Below the pieces are notes generated by a model, which was not told where the DNA came from, did no database searches, and saw only the letters and a program-made list of their open reading frames with translations. Source: Bdellovibrionales bacterium (lineage in GTDB: Bacteria > Bdellovibrionota > Bdellovibrionia > Bdellovibrionales > JAUICD01). Taken from it: a stretch of 64,000 nt of DNA. The translations under genes were made by a program, and so were the position numbers. Positions 1 through 10,127 of this stretch are shown here, one piece after another (position 1 is the stretch's first letter; the number at the start of each line of letters is the position of its first letter). The stretch spans positions 340,581 to 404,580 of the forward strand of contig OZ241865.1 of assembly GCA_965203275.1 (NCBI GenBank), in the 5' to 3' direction.

Positions 1-627
1 ATCGTCGGTGAAATCAGGATTACCAATAACCCCTAAATTACCCACTGCTCCTATTCTAAACGTCACTGAACTGCCCTGATTATCTATAGCTAAAGCACCA
101 GAGCGAGGAGAGGTCCATGTTCCACTTGCACCTATGCAAGCACTTTCTGTCGTGTGTGATGAAATACTACAAGAACCACTTCTTGTTCCTTCAGTTATTT
201 TGATGGAGCCTCCACGAAGAGATACTCCTGCATATGGAACAAGACAATCTGGACAAGCTGCATGTGTATTGACTATATTTTGATTGCTCGTAGTAGCAAG
301 AGGACCCATATATCCTATTAACCGGGTTGTACTGTTAATATTATTATTGACAGCATTCCTTTGAGCTGTAGGCCAACCAACCATATAACGTACATCTCCA
401 TTCACATCAAAACCTAGCTGTTCAAAATTGGACGTGCCATAGTCCCACTCCATAATAAATGATATTTCAGCAGTATAAATATTGGCCAGCATAGTTTTTG
501 CTTCTGCCTGCATAGCCTTTACTTTGAACTTCCGATATTGTGGAACAGCAAAAGTGGCCAATAATCCAATAATAGAAACCACCACTAAAAGTTCTATGAG
601 AGAAAATCCTGCTTTATTGAGTTTCAT
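1..627 (-). CDS. type IV pilin (PilA-like); the 3' end of the gene runs off the window
   Basis: Absent from the ORF track because it is open at position 1. My translation from the ATG at 627-625: MKLNKAG/FSLIELLVVVSIIGLLATFAVPQYRKFKVKAMQAEAK..., a prepilin class III signal with G-1, F+1, E+5. GGGAG SD lies about 9 nt upstream. Paralogous to the gene at 653-1366. Confidence 0.8.
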   Translation of the reverse strand, partial: MKLNKAGFSLIELLVVVSIIGLLATFAVPQYRKFKVKAMQAEAKTMLANIYTAEISFIMEWDYGTSNFEQLGFDVNGDVRYMVGWPTAQRNAVNNNINSTTRLIGYMGPLATTSNQNIVNTHAACPDCLVPYAGVSLRGGSIKITEGTRSGSCSISSHTTESACIGASGTWTSPRSGALAIDNQGSSVTFRIGAVGNLGVIGNPDFTDD

Positions 628-652
628 AATAATTAACTCCCTTTCATATATT

Positions 653-1366
653 TCATAGACCGCTTTTTACATTTTCAAGGTTTTTATGTTCATCTAAAAC
701 CCATTCATCATTGATATCTCCTCCAAGATTGCCAATAGCTCCAATTACAAAAAATATATAACCACTAGGGTTATTACGTATCGCAGAGGCCCCTTTCCGC
801 CATGCTCTATAATAATTATTCCAAGTACCACCTGCATTAGTACAAGCATTCGGATTTGCACCTGCTGCACCTTCACCTACACTACATCGACTCGCCCTGG
901 CAGGTGTTATCTCAATAGCATTAGCTATATTTGTTGCAGACTTATCGGCACCAGCTCGCACACAAGATGGGCAAAGCTTGTGTGTGTTGACTATATCTTG
1001 ATTGGTACTAGTAGCAAGAGGGCCACGATAACCTTGAAGTCCAGCACGACTTGTGACATTGATCTGTAAAGCTCCAGATCCACCACTTCGATTGTTAGGA
1101 TTCCATCCTACCATATAAGTAATCTCCCCTTGCCCCATTTCAAAACCCATTTGTTCAAGATTAACTGTACCTAGTCCCCATTCATTTATAAAAGTCATCT
1201 CTGCTGCATATATACCTGACAAAAGAGTCTTTGCCTCTGACTGCATGGCCTTTCTTTTAAAGCTACTGTATTGAGGAATAGCTATGGTAGCTAAAACACC
1301 AATAATAGCCACTGTCACCATGACTTCTATTAAAGAAAAACCATCCGATAACTTCAAATGTTTCAT
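653..1366 (-). CDS. type IV pilin (PilA-like)
   Basis: N-terminus MKHLKLSDG/FSLIEVMVTVAIIGVLATIAIPQYSSFKRKAMQSEAK is the canonical prepilin leader plus hydrophobic alpha1 helix. Cys residues in the C-terminal half. In tandem with the 1-627 pilin. Confidence 0.85.
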   Translation of the reverse strand: MKHLKLSDGFSLIEVMVTVAIIGVLATIAIPQYSSFKRKAMQSEAKTLLSGIYAAEMTFINEWGLGTVNLEQMGFEMGQGEITYMVGWNPNNRSGGSGALQINVTSRAGLQGYRGPLATSTNQDIVNTHKLCPSCVRAGADKSATNIANAIEITPARASRCSVGEGAAGANPNACTNAGGTWNNYYRAWRKGASAIRNNPSGYIFFVIGAIGNLGGDINDEWVLDEHKNLENVKSGL

Positions 1367-1492
1367 TTGTTATAAAAACCTTTTTTACATTTTTATAAAG
1401 TTAAAAAATAAATTTAATAATTCCAATGATTTAGCATTGTAATCTTCACATAAGTTATTAAGATAAAGTACGTGTCATTGCTAGCTAGACCT

Positions 1493-1668
1493 TTGTTAGA
1501 CTTTTTCACTTCCATTTATAAATGGAGGGTTTTTAATTTTTTATCTCAACATAACTTTCTTATCGTTTATTATGACACAAAACTTCATACCTTTGTTGAA
1601 AAAATCAAATATTTTTATATTTTGTATCATAAAGAATCACTTTTTGAATTTTTGTATCATTTTAAATG
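1493..1668. other. conserved AT-rich non-coding block, copy 1 (copy 2 at 17471-17640)
   Basis: Shares with copy 2 the start TTGTTAGACTTTTT, an identical 20-mer TCTTATCGTTTATTATGACA (1558-1577 vs 17527-17546), and the motif ATTTTGTATCA..AAGAATCACTTTTT..AATTTTTGTATCAT. The ORF 1472-1669 is not conserved in copy 2. Confidence 0.5.
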
Positions 1669-1699
1669 ACTTTGAATGATTTTGAATGACTAAAATAAA

Positions 1700-1775
1700 T
1701 GGTAGGGACAGCCGGATTCGAACCGACGACATCCACTTTGTAAGAGTGACGCTCTACCAACTGAGCTATGTCCCT
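1700..1775 (-). tRNA. tRNA-Val (anticodon TAC), CCA encoded
   Basis: Reverse complement AGGGACA TA GCTC AGTTGGTA GAGC G TCACT CTTACAA AGTGG ATGTC GTCGG TTCGAAT CCGGC TGTCCCT A CCA folds as a cloverleaf. It has a 7-bp acceptor stem, a GTTCGAATC T-loop and the anticodon loop CT-TAC-AA. Confidence 0.9.
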
Positions 1776-1780
1776 TGTTT

Positions 1781-2390
1781 TCACTCAAAATGAGCCACAC
1801 CTCTGGTGTGTTTTTGGGCATTGCTCTGACAGCTATCGCTGTCTAAAAAGAGCAATGCCGCAAAAAACTGCTCATTTTGAGTAGGGAGGATCTCCTCGTT
1901 TCTTAACATCATGTTAAGGAAAAAGTTCCTTCTATTATTATCTTACTTTGCAAATCTATCAGGTCAAGCCCTTTTCAGAGAATGGAAAGGTCAATTTATT
2001 TTCACTAAAAGTAAACTGACCTCTGGTCACTTTTGGGCAGTTAGCCCGACGGCGGTAGCCGTCGGGCTAACTGCCCAAAAGTGACCAGAGGCATGATTTA
2101 TTTTGAGTGAATTAGAAGCATATCTTGTTTCCTTAACATAGTGTCAGAAGCAAGGAGATCCTTCTCTACTCAAAATGAACAAGCTTTTGAGGTAGCCAGC
2201 CTTTTACGACGGCGTGAGCCGTCGGGCTGGCTACCCAAAAGTGGCCAGAGGCCAGTTCATTTTGAGTGAGATGTTAAGGAAACAAGATATCTATTCCCGG
2301 TATCAGGCAATCAAGCATCCCGGGATCTGATGCCTGACTACCGGTTTGCCGGATCCCGGATTCCAGATCCCAGATCCCAGATCACGGGTC
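1781..2390. repeat. intergenic mosaic of palindromic repeat modules (block A)
   Basis: Three roughly 105-110-nt palindromic modules, e.g. 2002-2110 TCACTAAAAGTAAACTGACCTCTGGTCACTTTTGGGCAGTTAGCCCGACGGC-GGTA-GCCGTCGGGCTAACTGCCCAAAAGTGACCAGAGGC...TTTTGAGTGA. CTTAACAT..ATGTTAAGG modules and a CCGGATCCCGGAT-type GC islet (2330-2390) are also present. Confidence 0.9.
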
Positions 2391-2826
2391 CATACAAAAG
2401 GAAAGTATCCTAGCACCTAAACATCTATAAAAAATAAAAAATACATGATTTTTTTTAAGTTTTGTTTCAATATAATAATGCTATCTTTAATAACTAACAA
2501 ATTCTAAATTCAGGGCAATCAGGCAATCAAAGTATGTAAAAATTATATAAATGTAAACAGAGCGTCAATAAAAAAGTAAATAAATTAAAAAAATATCTTA
2601 ATTTTTACAAAAATTCTTGCATTTTTTTTGAAAATAGTGCATATAAGATAAAAAATAACAGTAAAAAGTTAAAAATTTGATTTCTTTTTTTAGCTTTAAT
2701 AAATTTAAATTTAGTAAACTTTAATAAAAATGTAAGCTTTAATAAAAATAAATGTTAGAAAAAACCACAATAAACAATAAAATTAATAAATATAACAATA
2801 ACAAAACAATAACAAAAGGAGGAATT

Positions 2827-4488
2827 ATGAAACATTTATTATACACTTTATCATTAACATTTATTTTTGGAAATTTTGCTCAAGCAGCAAATGTACCAAA
2901 AGTATTTTGCAGTCATTCTTACTGGCCAGCCACTGTATCAGATGTACAAGGTGTTTTAAATAGTCAGTCAGAAGCTGATTTGAATCAATCTTGTGGTGCA
3001 GAAGGTCATAGAGCCATTCACTTTGCATTAATGCAAAATGCTGACTTTGAAACCATTAAAACTCTTGTAACAAAAGGTGCTGATGTGACAATTAAAAATG
3101 CAGCTGGTGAAAATGCTGTTTACCTTGCTTTGCAACATCCATCTCAAGAGGTTTATCAATATGTCTTAAATGCTGCCACACAAACAAACGGATATCGCAC
3201 CGCTATTTTAGAGGCTGCCATTGAAGAAATCATGACAGAAGAGACGGCTCGATTGCATTCCTTTCAAAACATGCCATCTTTTAATGATCATGCAAACAAT
3301 GATAGCGAAAACTTTGATTTGTACATCCAGCAATTAGAAGATAGCATTGAAGAACTTAAAGAAAATGTTGAAACTTTTGAAGCAAGATTAGCTACAGAAC
3401 AAGTCGAACAAAATAAAAATGCATTACAAGACCGGATTAAATACAACAATAAATTATTAACGTATTATACACATTTAATAGAACATTATCAAAATGTAGC
3501 TCTACATCAACAGGAACATGGGCAAAAAGTAGCTGATTATTATACTCAATACTATAGCAATTATACACCTGATCCCTGGCACAGAAATGCTCCTGTCGGT
3601 GTTTATGTGTCTTTTGATGTAGGAACTGTTCTTAAAACCATGTTTGATTTGAATAATACTTCTGATGGTCTTCCTACAAATTGTGATACCTTCTTACCTC
3701 CTAGCTCTTTCTCATTACCTCTCACTCATACAAGTTGTATGAACTATGCAGATCGTTGGAAAACACCTTTTGAAACACAAGTGGGTGTGACAGCAGGTGT
3801 GATGTTAGGCTATGGATTTCAACCTTTCTCTACCGATAAAGTCACTCTCAGAGTTGAGGCAGAATATGCACGTCGTCAAATCAGTGGTAATAATACTTGG
3901 TCTTCTGCTGTTTTAGGGCCAAAAGATTCTGAGTTTGCCTTTACACATGAAAGCTTCTCAGAATTAAACACCAATCAGTACTTTGCAAATATTTATGCAG
4001 ATTTTCCTAAACTGTTGAGCAAATTAGGTGCAGGACTTCACAATCTAACACCTTACGTAGGATTTGGTTTTGGTAATCTGGATCCCAATATGGATTACAC
4101 TTCCGTCTGGTATCGGCATAAAGAAGGAGAGTCTCTCTCTCGTCAAGGCGTCAATCCTAACGCTGCAGGTACTATTTCTGTCGGAAACTTTAAATTTGAA
4201 GGAGATAATTCCCCTGCCACACAATGGATTTTTGGAGCAGACTACACTCTGACTAAAAGAATTAAACTAGGGCTTAGAGTACGTATGATGCAAATCCATC
4301 AAGAATTTACATCAAGTGATCATTATTGGCAGCTTTTAAGAAACCATCAATCAAGGACATCTCCTCACAACGGTCGTCCTATCACTTATAACACCAGTGT
4401 AGATGAATTAAACTTTTCTGATGTCACTATGCAGTTAAAAGTTTTCTTAGGTAAAAGGAGCAAAAAACCTACTCGTACCTCATTTTAA
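2827..4488 (+). CDS. secreted ankyrin-repeat / coiled-coil protein with a C-terminal outer-membrane beta-barrel-like domain
   Basis: AAAGGAGG SD before the ATG at 2827; the ORF is open from 2752. Signal peptide MKHLLYTLSLTFIFGNFAQA. ANK motif GHRAIHFALMQNADFETIKTLVTKGADVTIKNAAGENAVYLA. Glu/Gln-rich heptad region. The C-terminal third has alternating aromatic/Gly strands and ends in Phe (..TRTSF), as in OMPs. Confidence 0.6.
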   Translation: MKHLLYTLSLTFIFGNFAQAANVPKVFCSHSYWPATVSDVQGVLNSQSEADLNQSCGAEGHRAIHFALMQNADFETIKTLVTKGADVTIKNAAGENAVYLALQHPSQEVYQYVLNAATQTNGYRTAILEAAIEEIMTEETARLHSFQNMPSFNDHANNDSENFDLYIQQLEDSIEELKENVETFEARLATEQVEQNKNALQDRIKYNNKLLTYYTHLIEHYQNVALHQQEHGQKVADYYTQYYSNYTPDPWHRNAPVGVYVSFDVGTVLKTMFDLNNTSDGLPTNCDTFLPPSSFSLPLTHTSCMNYADRWKTPFETQVGVTAGVMLGYGFQPFSTDKVTLRVEAEYARRQISGNNTWSSAVLGPKDSEFAFTHESFSELNTNQYFANIYADFPKLLSKLGAGLHNLTPYVGFGFGNLDPNMDYTSVWYRHKEGESLSRQGVNPNAAGTISVGNFKFEGDNSPATQWIFGADYTLTKRIKLGLRVRMMQIHQEFTSSDHYWQLLRNHQSRTSPHNGRPITYNTSVDELNFSDVTMQLKVFLGKRSKKPTRTSF

Positions 4489-4504
4489 TCCATCGTATGG
4501 TTTG

Positions 4505-5503
4505 GTTCACTAAAAGTGAACGGACTTTTGAGGCAATGACCATTTTATCGACGGCTACCGCCGTCGTAAAAGGCTAGCTACCTCAAAAGCTTGTTCATTT
4601 TGAGTAGAGGAGGATCCTTTTATTCCTTTACAGCATGTTAAGGAAACAAGATATGTTTCTAAAATGTTTTTAAGGAGTACGGCTCTGCCTGCAATAAAAG
4701 AACTTTTTCCTTAACATTTCACTCAAAATGAACTGGCCTCTGGCCACTTTTGGGTAGCTAGCCCGACGGCTACCGCCGTCGTAAAAGGCTAGCTACCTCA
4801 AAAGCTTGTTCATTTTGAGTAGAGGAGGATCTTTTTATTCCTTTACAGCATGTTAAGGAAACAAGATATGTTTCTAAAATGTTTTTAAGGAGTACGGCTC
4901 TGCCTGCAATAAAAGAACTTTTTCCTTAACATTTCACTCAAAATGAACTGGCCTCTGGCCACTTTTGGGTAGCTAGCCCGACGGCTACCGCCGTCGTAAA
5001 AGGCTAGCTACCTCAAAAGCTTGTTCATTTTGAGTAGAGGAGGATCCTTTTATTCCTTTACAGCATGTTAAGGAAACAAGATATGTTTCTAAAATGTTTT
5101 TAAGGAGTACGGCTCTGCCTGCAATAAAAGAACTTTTTCCTTAACATGTGGTCAAGAGACGAAGAGATCCTCCTTACTAAAAGTGGTCAGGCTTTCTAGG
5201 TTGCCAGCTTTTGAGAAGGCGAATAGCCTTCGGCTGGCAACCAGAAAGTGACCAGAGGTCAGACCACTTTTAGTGAACCAAAAACATCTTGTTTCATTAA
5301 CATCGTGTTCTTCTGGGATCCGGGAACCGGGATCCGGCAACCCGGCATCAGAAAGAACTCTTTTTCCTTAACATGGTGTAAAAAAACGAGGAGATCCTCC
5401 CTACTCAAAATGAGCAGTTTTTTGCGGCATTGCTCTTTTTAGACAGCGTAAGCTGTCAGAGCAATGCCCAAAAACACACCAGAGGTGTGGCTCATTTTGA
5501 GTG
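4505..5503. repeat. intergenic palindromic-repeat mosaic (block B) with a 215-bp composite unit repeated about 3 times in tandem
   Basis: CCGTCGTAAAAGGCTAGCTACC recurs at 4561, 4776 and 4991, giving a 215-bp period. Palindromic modules, a CTTAACAT module and a GC islet at about 5300-5345 follow. Confidence 0.9.
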
Positions 5504-5591
5504 CGACAGACCTAAAGTCCAAACTATATTTTTTTTGAAAAAAACTATGCGAAAGGATATATTTTTTATATTTTTGTGTTAAAATAGTTAT

Positions 5592-6434
5592 ATGGAGCAA
5601 AAAACAATCATTTATATATCTATAGCAAGTATTTTATGTTTACTGGGGGTTTTTTACTTTTATAAGAGTTCATCCCCAGTAGATATAGATCAAGATATGG
5701 AAGATGCAAACTTCACTCTGTCAAAAGGAGCATTAGAGCAAGCTAGCCGAGTCCCTTCCCAAGAGACAAAAAAAAATCTACCTCTTATATTAGAAGACCC
5801 TGAAGAAGAAATTAACTTAGATGATTATGACAGGGAAGATATAGATGAATTTTTAAACAAACATTATCCTTCCCCCAATGCTGATTATCTATGGCAAGCA
5901 GTACAAGATGACAGTGGTCAGATCACAGGATGGGTTGGTGACGGGGATGTTTCTTCATCTGATGGAATATGGGGATGGGCTAAAGAGTTAGCTCCTCTTT
6001 TTGGTGTCACACCAAATCAAATAGCTCAACCTCAAGTCTCTGATGCAGGTACTATAGGTACTAACTACTACCTTCAACAGGTTGTCAATGGTTATGAGGT
6101 TTATGGTGCTGCTCTACAGGTCTTTGTAAATAAACAAACAGGACGCGTTTATCAAATCAATGATCATTTAAGAGAAGTCCGTGAATTTGACACAACAATA
6201 CAAGTTTCAAGAGAAGAAGCCAGACAAAAGGCTATTGATCATTTTCAAGGAGATAGCCCTCAAGAGATCAATCCTAGCAAGTATCCAAATCCCCAGCTTT
6301 ATGTAGGACGAGATAACTCTCAACAGCTCGGATGGATATTCGATATTAAAACAGATAACAATGTCATGAACGTTATTGTCGGAGCTATAGATGGCCAAAT
6401 ATTATTTAGTCAAGGCACCCGCATTTTCCACTAA
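5592..6434 (+). CDS. membrane-anchored protein with FTP/PepSY-like propeptide domains and no protease domain
   Basis: N-terminal TM segment IIYISIASILCLLGVFYFY. YYLQQVVNGYEVYGAALQVFVNKQTGRVYQIND resembles the fungalysin/thermolysin propeptide motif and is followed by a PepSY-like segment (VSREEARQKAIDHF...). Assignment by motif only. Confidence 0.5.
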   Translation: MEQKTIIYISIASILCLLGVFYFYKSSSPVDIDQDMEDANFTLSKGALEQASRVPSQETKKNLPLILEDPEEEINLDDYDREDIDEFLNKHYPSPNADYLWQAVQDDSGQITGWVGDGDVSSSDGIWGWAKELAPLFGVTPNQIAQPQVSDAGTIGTNYYLQQVVNGYEVYGAALQVFVNKQTGRVYQINDHLREVREFDTTIQVSREEARQKAIDHFQGDSPQEINPSKYPNPQLYVGRDNSQQLGWIFDIKTDNNVMNVIVGAIDGQILFSQGTRIFH

Positions 6435-6497
6435 AAATCAATATATTTCTTATTATTTCAGGATGCTCAAATCTCAAATATTATAGAATTTCACAGC

Positions 6498-7775
6498 TTA
6501 TATAATATTTTTGTTAAAAGTTTTAGAAGGGGGAGAGGATTCCATATAGAGAGGAAAAGACTGGCTGAGTTGTTTGACCTCTTGCTTTATAGATTGCAAT
6601 TTTTCTTTATGGTCTATACAGTGGATAGCTTTATGGATCCAAGAAGCAATGCATTTCATCTCTGTGGAACCCATGCCTCTTGTGGTTAAAGCTGGTGTTC
6701 CAATTCTTATACCACTTGTCACAAAAGGAGATCTTTTTTCATTAGGGACAGTATTTTTATTCACTGTGATGCCTGCCATACCTAGAGCTTTTTCCGCAAC
6801 TTTACCTGTGATCTCCGTACGTGATAAGTCTAATAGCAAGAGATGATTGTCTGTCCCTCCTGTGACCAAATCAAAATTTTTATTCAAAAGCTCATCGGCT
6901 AAAATTTGAGCATTGTCTATGACTTTTTGTGTGTATGCTTTAAACTCAGAGGTCAGAGCCTCTTTAAAGGCAACTGCTTTAGCTGCAATGACATGTTCTA
7001 AAGGGCCTCCCTGTAGACCAGGGAAAATCTTTGAATTGATTTTTCGAGCGTTTTCTTCTGTTTGAGTTAAGATCAATCCCCCCCGAGGTCCACGTAAGGT
7101 TTTATGTGTTGTGCTGGTGATAAAATCAGCTACATCTACAGGGGAGTCATGCACTCCGCCTGCTACGAGTCCTGCAAAGTGAGCCATGTCCACGAGCAGA
7201 GTTGCTCCCACCTCAGAAGCTATTTCCTTAAATTTTACAAAGTCTAATTGACGGGGGTAGGCACTATAGCCTGCAATCAAAATATGAGGCTTATATTCTT
7301 TAGCTAAGGCACGAATATGATCATAGTTAAGAAGATTTGTTTGAGGGTCTAACCCATAAGAAACTACAGAAAAAAGTAACCCACTGAAATTAACAGGAGA
7401 TCCATGAGTTAAGTGACCTCCATGACAAAGGTCCATCCCCATAATCACATCCCCTGGCTTGGCCACAGCAAGATAGGTTGCCATATTGGCTTGTGACCCT
7501 GAATGGGGTTGTACATTTGCATAAGCTACATTAAAAAGCTCTTTTGCTCTATCAATAGCTATTTGTTCTATTTGATCTATAAATTGGCAACCTCCATAAT
7601 ATCTCCGCCGGGGATACCCTTCTGCATATTTATTAGTTAAAATAGAACCTTGAGCCTGCATGACTGCGTCAGAGACATAATTTTCAGAAGCAATCATCTC
7701 TAACCCATGTAGCTGTCTTATTTTTTCTTGTTCAATAGCCTCTTGAATTTGGAAGTCTGTTTGTTTTAAATCCAT
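6498..7775 (-). CDS. glyA: serine hydroxymethyltransferase
   Basis: Full-length SHMT signature: [27 protein letters not shown]-Lys motif [25 protein letters not shown]. Confidence 0.97.
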   Translation of the reverse strand: MDLKQTDFQIQEAIEQEKIRQLHGLEMIASENYVSDAVMQAQGSILTNKYAEGYPRRRYYGGCQFIDQIEQIAIDRAKELFNVAYANVQPHSGSQANMATYLAVAKPGDVIMGMDLCHGGHLTHGSPVNFSGLLFSVVSYGLDPQTNLLNYDHIRALAKEYKPHILIAGYSAYPRQLDFVKFKEIASEVGATLLVDMAHFAGLVAGGVHDSPVDVADFITSTTHKTLRGPRGGLILTQTEENARKINSKIFPGLQGGPLEHVIAAKAVAFKEALTSEFKAYTQKVIDNAQILADELLNKNFDLVTGGTDNHLLLLDLSRTEITGKVAEKALGMAGITVNKNTVPNEKRSPFVTSGIRIGTPALTTRGMGSTEMKCIASWIHKAIHCIDHKEKLQSIKQEVKQLSQSFPLYMESSPPSKTFNKNII

Positions 7776-7970
7776 AAATTCTCTTTTTAAATAGCTTTAG
7801 TTTTATTTTTTTTTGTATACTTAAAATAAATCTTTTTATTTGATTATTTTTGATTATTGACAAATGAGTTTACAAGTAGAGTTTAAACATTTTAGCATAG
7901 AAGTAAAGTTATTTCAAGATTTTATGGATGGCCAATATACAAATAAAAACTTTATTGTTTGAAGCTTCTT

Positions 7971-8762
7971 ATGAAAAAATATAATTTTTGGTTTTATTTG
8001 CTTGTCTTTTCAAGTGTGTTTATACACACAGCTTGCAGTCATAAGTCTCAACGTAGAGTCCATCAAACAAATCTTCATTTACAACTAGGCAGTCAATTTT
8101 TAAGTGCGGGTAATTATCCAGCAGCTTTTAGGCAATTGACTAGAGCTAAAGATTTACATCCTAATGACCCTGTAGTACATAATCTTTTGGCCTTAACTTA
8201 CACTGCTAGAAATAAATTTCAGTTAGCAGAAACTTATTTTAAAAGGGCTTTACAATTAGATCCCCAATATTCAGAAGCTAGAAATAACTTAGGCCGTCTG
8301 TATATTCGACTCAAAAGATACCCCAGTGCTATCCGAGAGATTAAAAAGGCTATGGAAGATCTCAAGTACCATTCACCAGAAAAAAGTCATGTCAATTTAG
8401 GAATAGTGTATTACGTGACAGATCGACTTCATTTAGCAGAAGAGAATTTTTTACAAGCTCTTGAATTAAATAATAAATATTGTCCTGGATACATTTTTCA
8501 TGGGAAAACACTTTTAAAACAAAGGAAATTTCAACAAGCTTCTACGACCTTTGATGATGCTATCAAGGTTTGTGATAATTTTGATGAGCCTTTTTATTAT
8601 AGTGGATTAAGCCATTGGCATGCAGGTTCTAAAGCGAAGGCTAAAGTGAGATTTGAAAACCTCTTAACTATTTACCCTCAAACAAAATATCGTAACAAAA
8701 CTCAAATATATCTTAACAAATACTTTGCTGAAAACAAAACAGCTCCACAAAATGCTTACTAA
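7971..8762 (+). CDS. TPR-repeat (lipo)protein, PilF/PilW-like
   Basis: ATG at 7971; the ORF is open from a TTG at 7959. Signal sequence with a possible lipobox (..FIHTAC). Several TPR units (LALTYTARNKFQLAETYFKRALQLDPQYSEARNNLG...). Size and architecture fit T4P-associated TPR lipoproteins, but the assignment is tentative. Confidence 0.6.
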   Translation: MKKYNFWFYLLVFSSVFIHTACSHKSQRRVHQTNLHLQLGSQFLSAGNYPAAFRQLTRAKDLHPNDPVVHNLLALTYTARNKFQLAETYFKRALQLDPQYSEARNNLGRLYIRLKRYPSAIREIKKAMEDLKYHSPEKSHVNLGIVYYVTDRLHLAEENFLQALELNNKYCPGYIFHGKTLLKQRKFQQASTTFDDAIKVCDNFDEPFYYSGLSHWHAGSKAKAKVRFENLLTIYPQTKYRNKTQIYLNKYFAENKTAPQNAY

Positions 8763-8828
8763 ATGAAATTATAAGTAAGTTAAACTTTGATGATTTGAAA
8801 GCCTCAAAATCTATAAATTCTAAAGAAT

Positions 8829-10046
8829 TTAAGTCTTATCTTGACAAGCTTTTAAAAAAGCCAAAGCTTCTTTTTTACTTTGCACTTTATTATTTAGTTG
8901 GGCTTTTCTTAAAGCTTTAAGCATATATCCTAAACGTTGACCTGAGGGAAACCCCATGGCTTTTAAATCATGCCCTGAAAAAAAATGTGGGGGTAGTTGT
9001 GGGTAATCTTGTTTTATTTGAGAAAGCTTATTTAAAATATCTTTTCTTTCAAATGTTTTAAGCAAAGAACAAATGTCTTCAAAATGAGGATCAGCGACAA
9101 TCTGTCTGAAATCAGCTAAAGATTTATTTTCTATGCCGTCTCTGACAAGACAAGACAAAGATAAAATCCAATGGATATTTTTGTCAGACATCTTTATTTT
9201 TTTAAAAAAAACTTTTGTATATTTAAGAGGCCAATGATAGGTCATAGCTGCTAAGCGGGCATTGAGAGAGCCATAAAGAGTGATCACAGGCCATTGCAAA
9301 CAGGGAAGATCTACACCTTTTAAAAAAGCATCAAAAAGATTTGTGGATTCGAGCAATTCAAGTCCTTTTTGATGGTTTGGGGCCATCAAAGTTTTAGAAA
9401 GTTCTTGTTTGATACGCTCTATGCTCACCAAAGTGATTTGAGATCTTTTAACTTTAATGGCTTTAAGTGTTTTACTTTCTATGTTCCAATTGAGTTGAGC
9501 AGCAAAACGGATGGCACGCAATAACCTTAAAGCATCTTCTGAGAATCGTTCTTCGGCTATGCCAATGGCTCGGATTTGTTTCTGCACAATATCTTTATAG
9601 CCTTCTACAAAATCCATTAGTTTATTATTGAGTGTATCAAAAAACAAACCATTGCAGGTAAAGTCTCTTCTCTGTGCATCTGTTTCAGGTGTTGCAGATG
9701 TGATTTGTTCAGGGTGTCTTCCATCTTTATAATCACCGTCGCTTCGGAAAGAAGTGATTTCATAATCTTGAGTGTTTCCGCATACAATGATTGTGCCGAA
9801 GGCTTTCCCCACAGAAAGTGTCTTAGGAAAAAGCTTTTCTATATCAGAAGCCAGAGCATCTGTTGCAAAGTCAATATCTGTAGGTGTTATACCGCATAAG
9901 GCATCTCGCAGGCAACCTCCTACAAGCCATGCCTTATAGCCAGCTTTATTAAAATGTTGAACAATATATTGAATATCGGGCCATTGTGGTAAAGATTGAA
10001 AAAACAATAAAAGGTCTGTTGAATGAAAAGTCATTTTTTTATTCAT
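8829..10046 (-). CDS. cca: tRNA nucleotidyltransferase (CCA-adding enzyme) / poly(A) polymerase family
   Basis: Motifs WLVGGCLRDALCG..DIDFAT, RRDFTCNGLF, ERFSEDALRLLRAIRFAAQL. Start is uncertain: the ORF is open to 10082 (TTG), and I chose the ATG at 10046. Confidence 0.85.
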   Translation of the reverse strand: MNKKMTFHSTDLLLFFQSLPQWPDIQYIVQHFNKAGYKAWLVGGCLRDALCGITPTDIDFATDALASDIEKLFPKTLSVGKAFGTIIVCGNTQDYEITSFRSDGDYKDGRHPEQITSATPETDAQRRDFTCNGLFFDTLNNKLMDFVEGYKDIVQKQIRAIGIAEERFSEDALRLLRAIRFAAQLNWNIESKTLKAIKVKRSQITLVSIERIKQELSKTLMAPNHQKGLELLESTNLFDAFLKGVDLPCLQWPVITLYGSLNARLAAMTYHWPLKYTKVFFKKIKMSDKNIHWILSLSCLVRDGIENKSLADFRQIVADPHFEDICSLLKTFERKDILNKLSQIKQDYPQLPPHFFSGHDLKAMGFPSGQRLGYMLKALRKAQLNNKVQSKKEALAFLKACQDKT

Positions 10047-10127
10047 GGCATACATATTTTTATTTGTCAAACTACAAAACAATCATGTATAGCCAGAGGC
10101 TTTAGTAATGATAAAGAGAGCTTTTTT

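Noticed and set aside
1367-1500. Sigma-54 promoter (TGGCAC-N5-TTGC) upstream of the pilin genes, as is common for pilA. Also searched at 18230-18368.
   Set aside because: No acceptable GG-N10-GC match was found by eye upstream of either pilin start. I could not define a promoter and so did not annotate one.
1700-2400. tRNA-Val as an integration site of a genomic island or prophage.
   Set aside because: There is no integrase and no direct repeat of the tRNA 3' end nearby. The adjacent DNA is just the ubiquitous palindromic repeat mosaic.
4505-5503. Regularly spaced repeats that might be mistaken for a second CRISPR array (also 23500-24857).
   Set aside because: The period is 193-215 bp and the 'spacers' are themselves repeated. 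The units are composites of the palindromic family and there are no adjacent cas genes.
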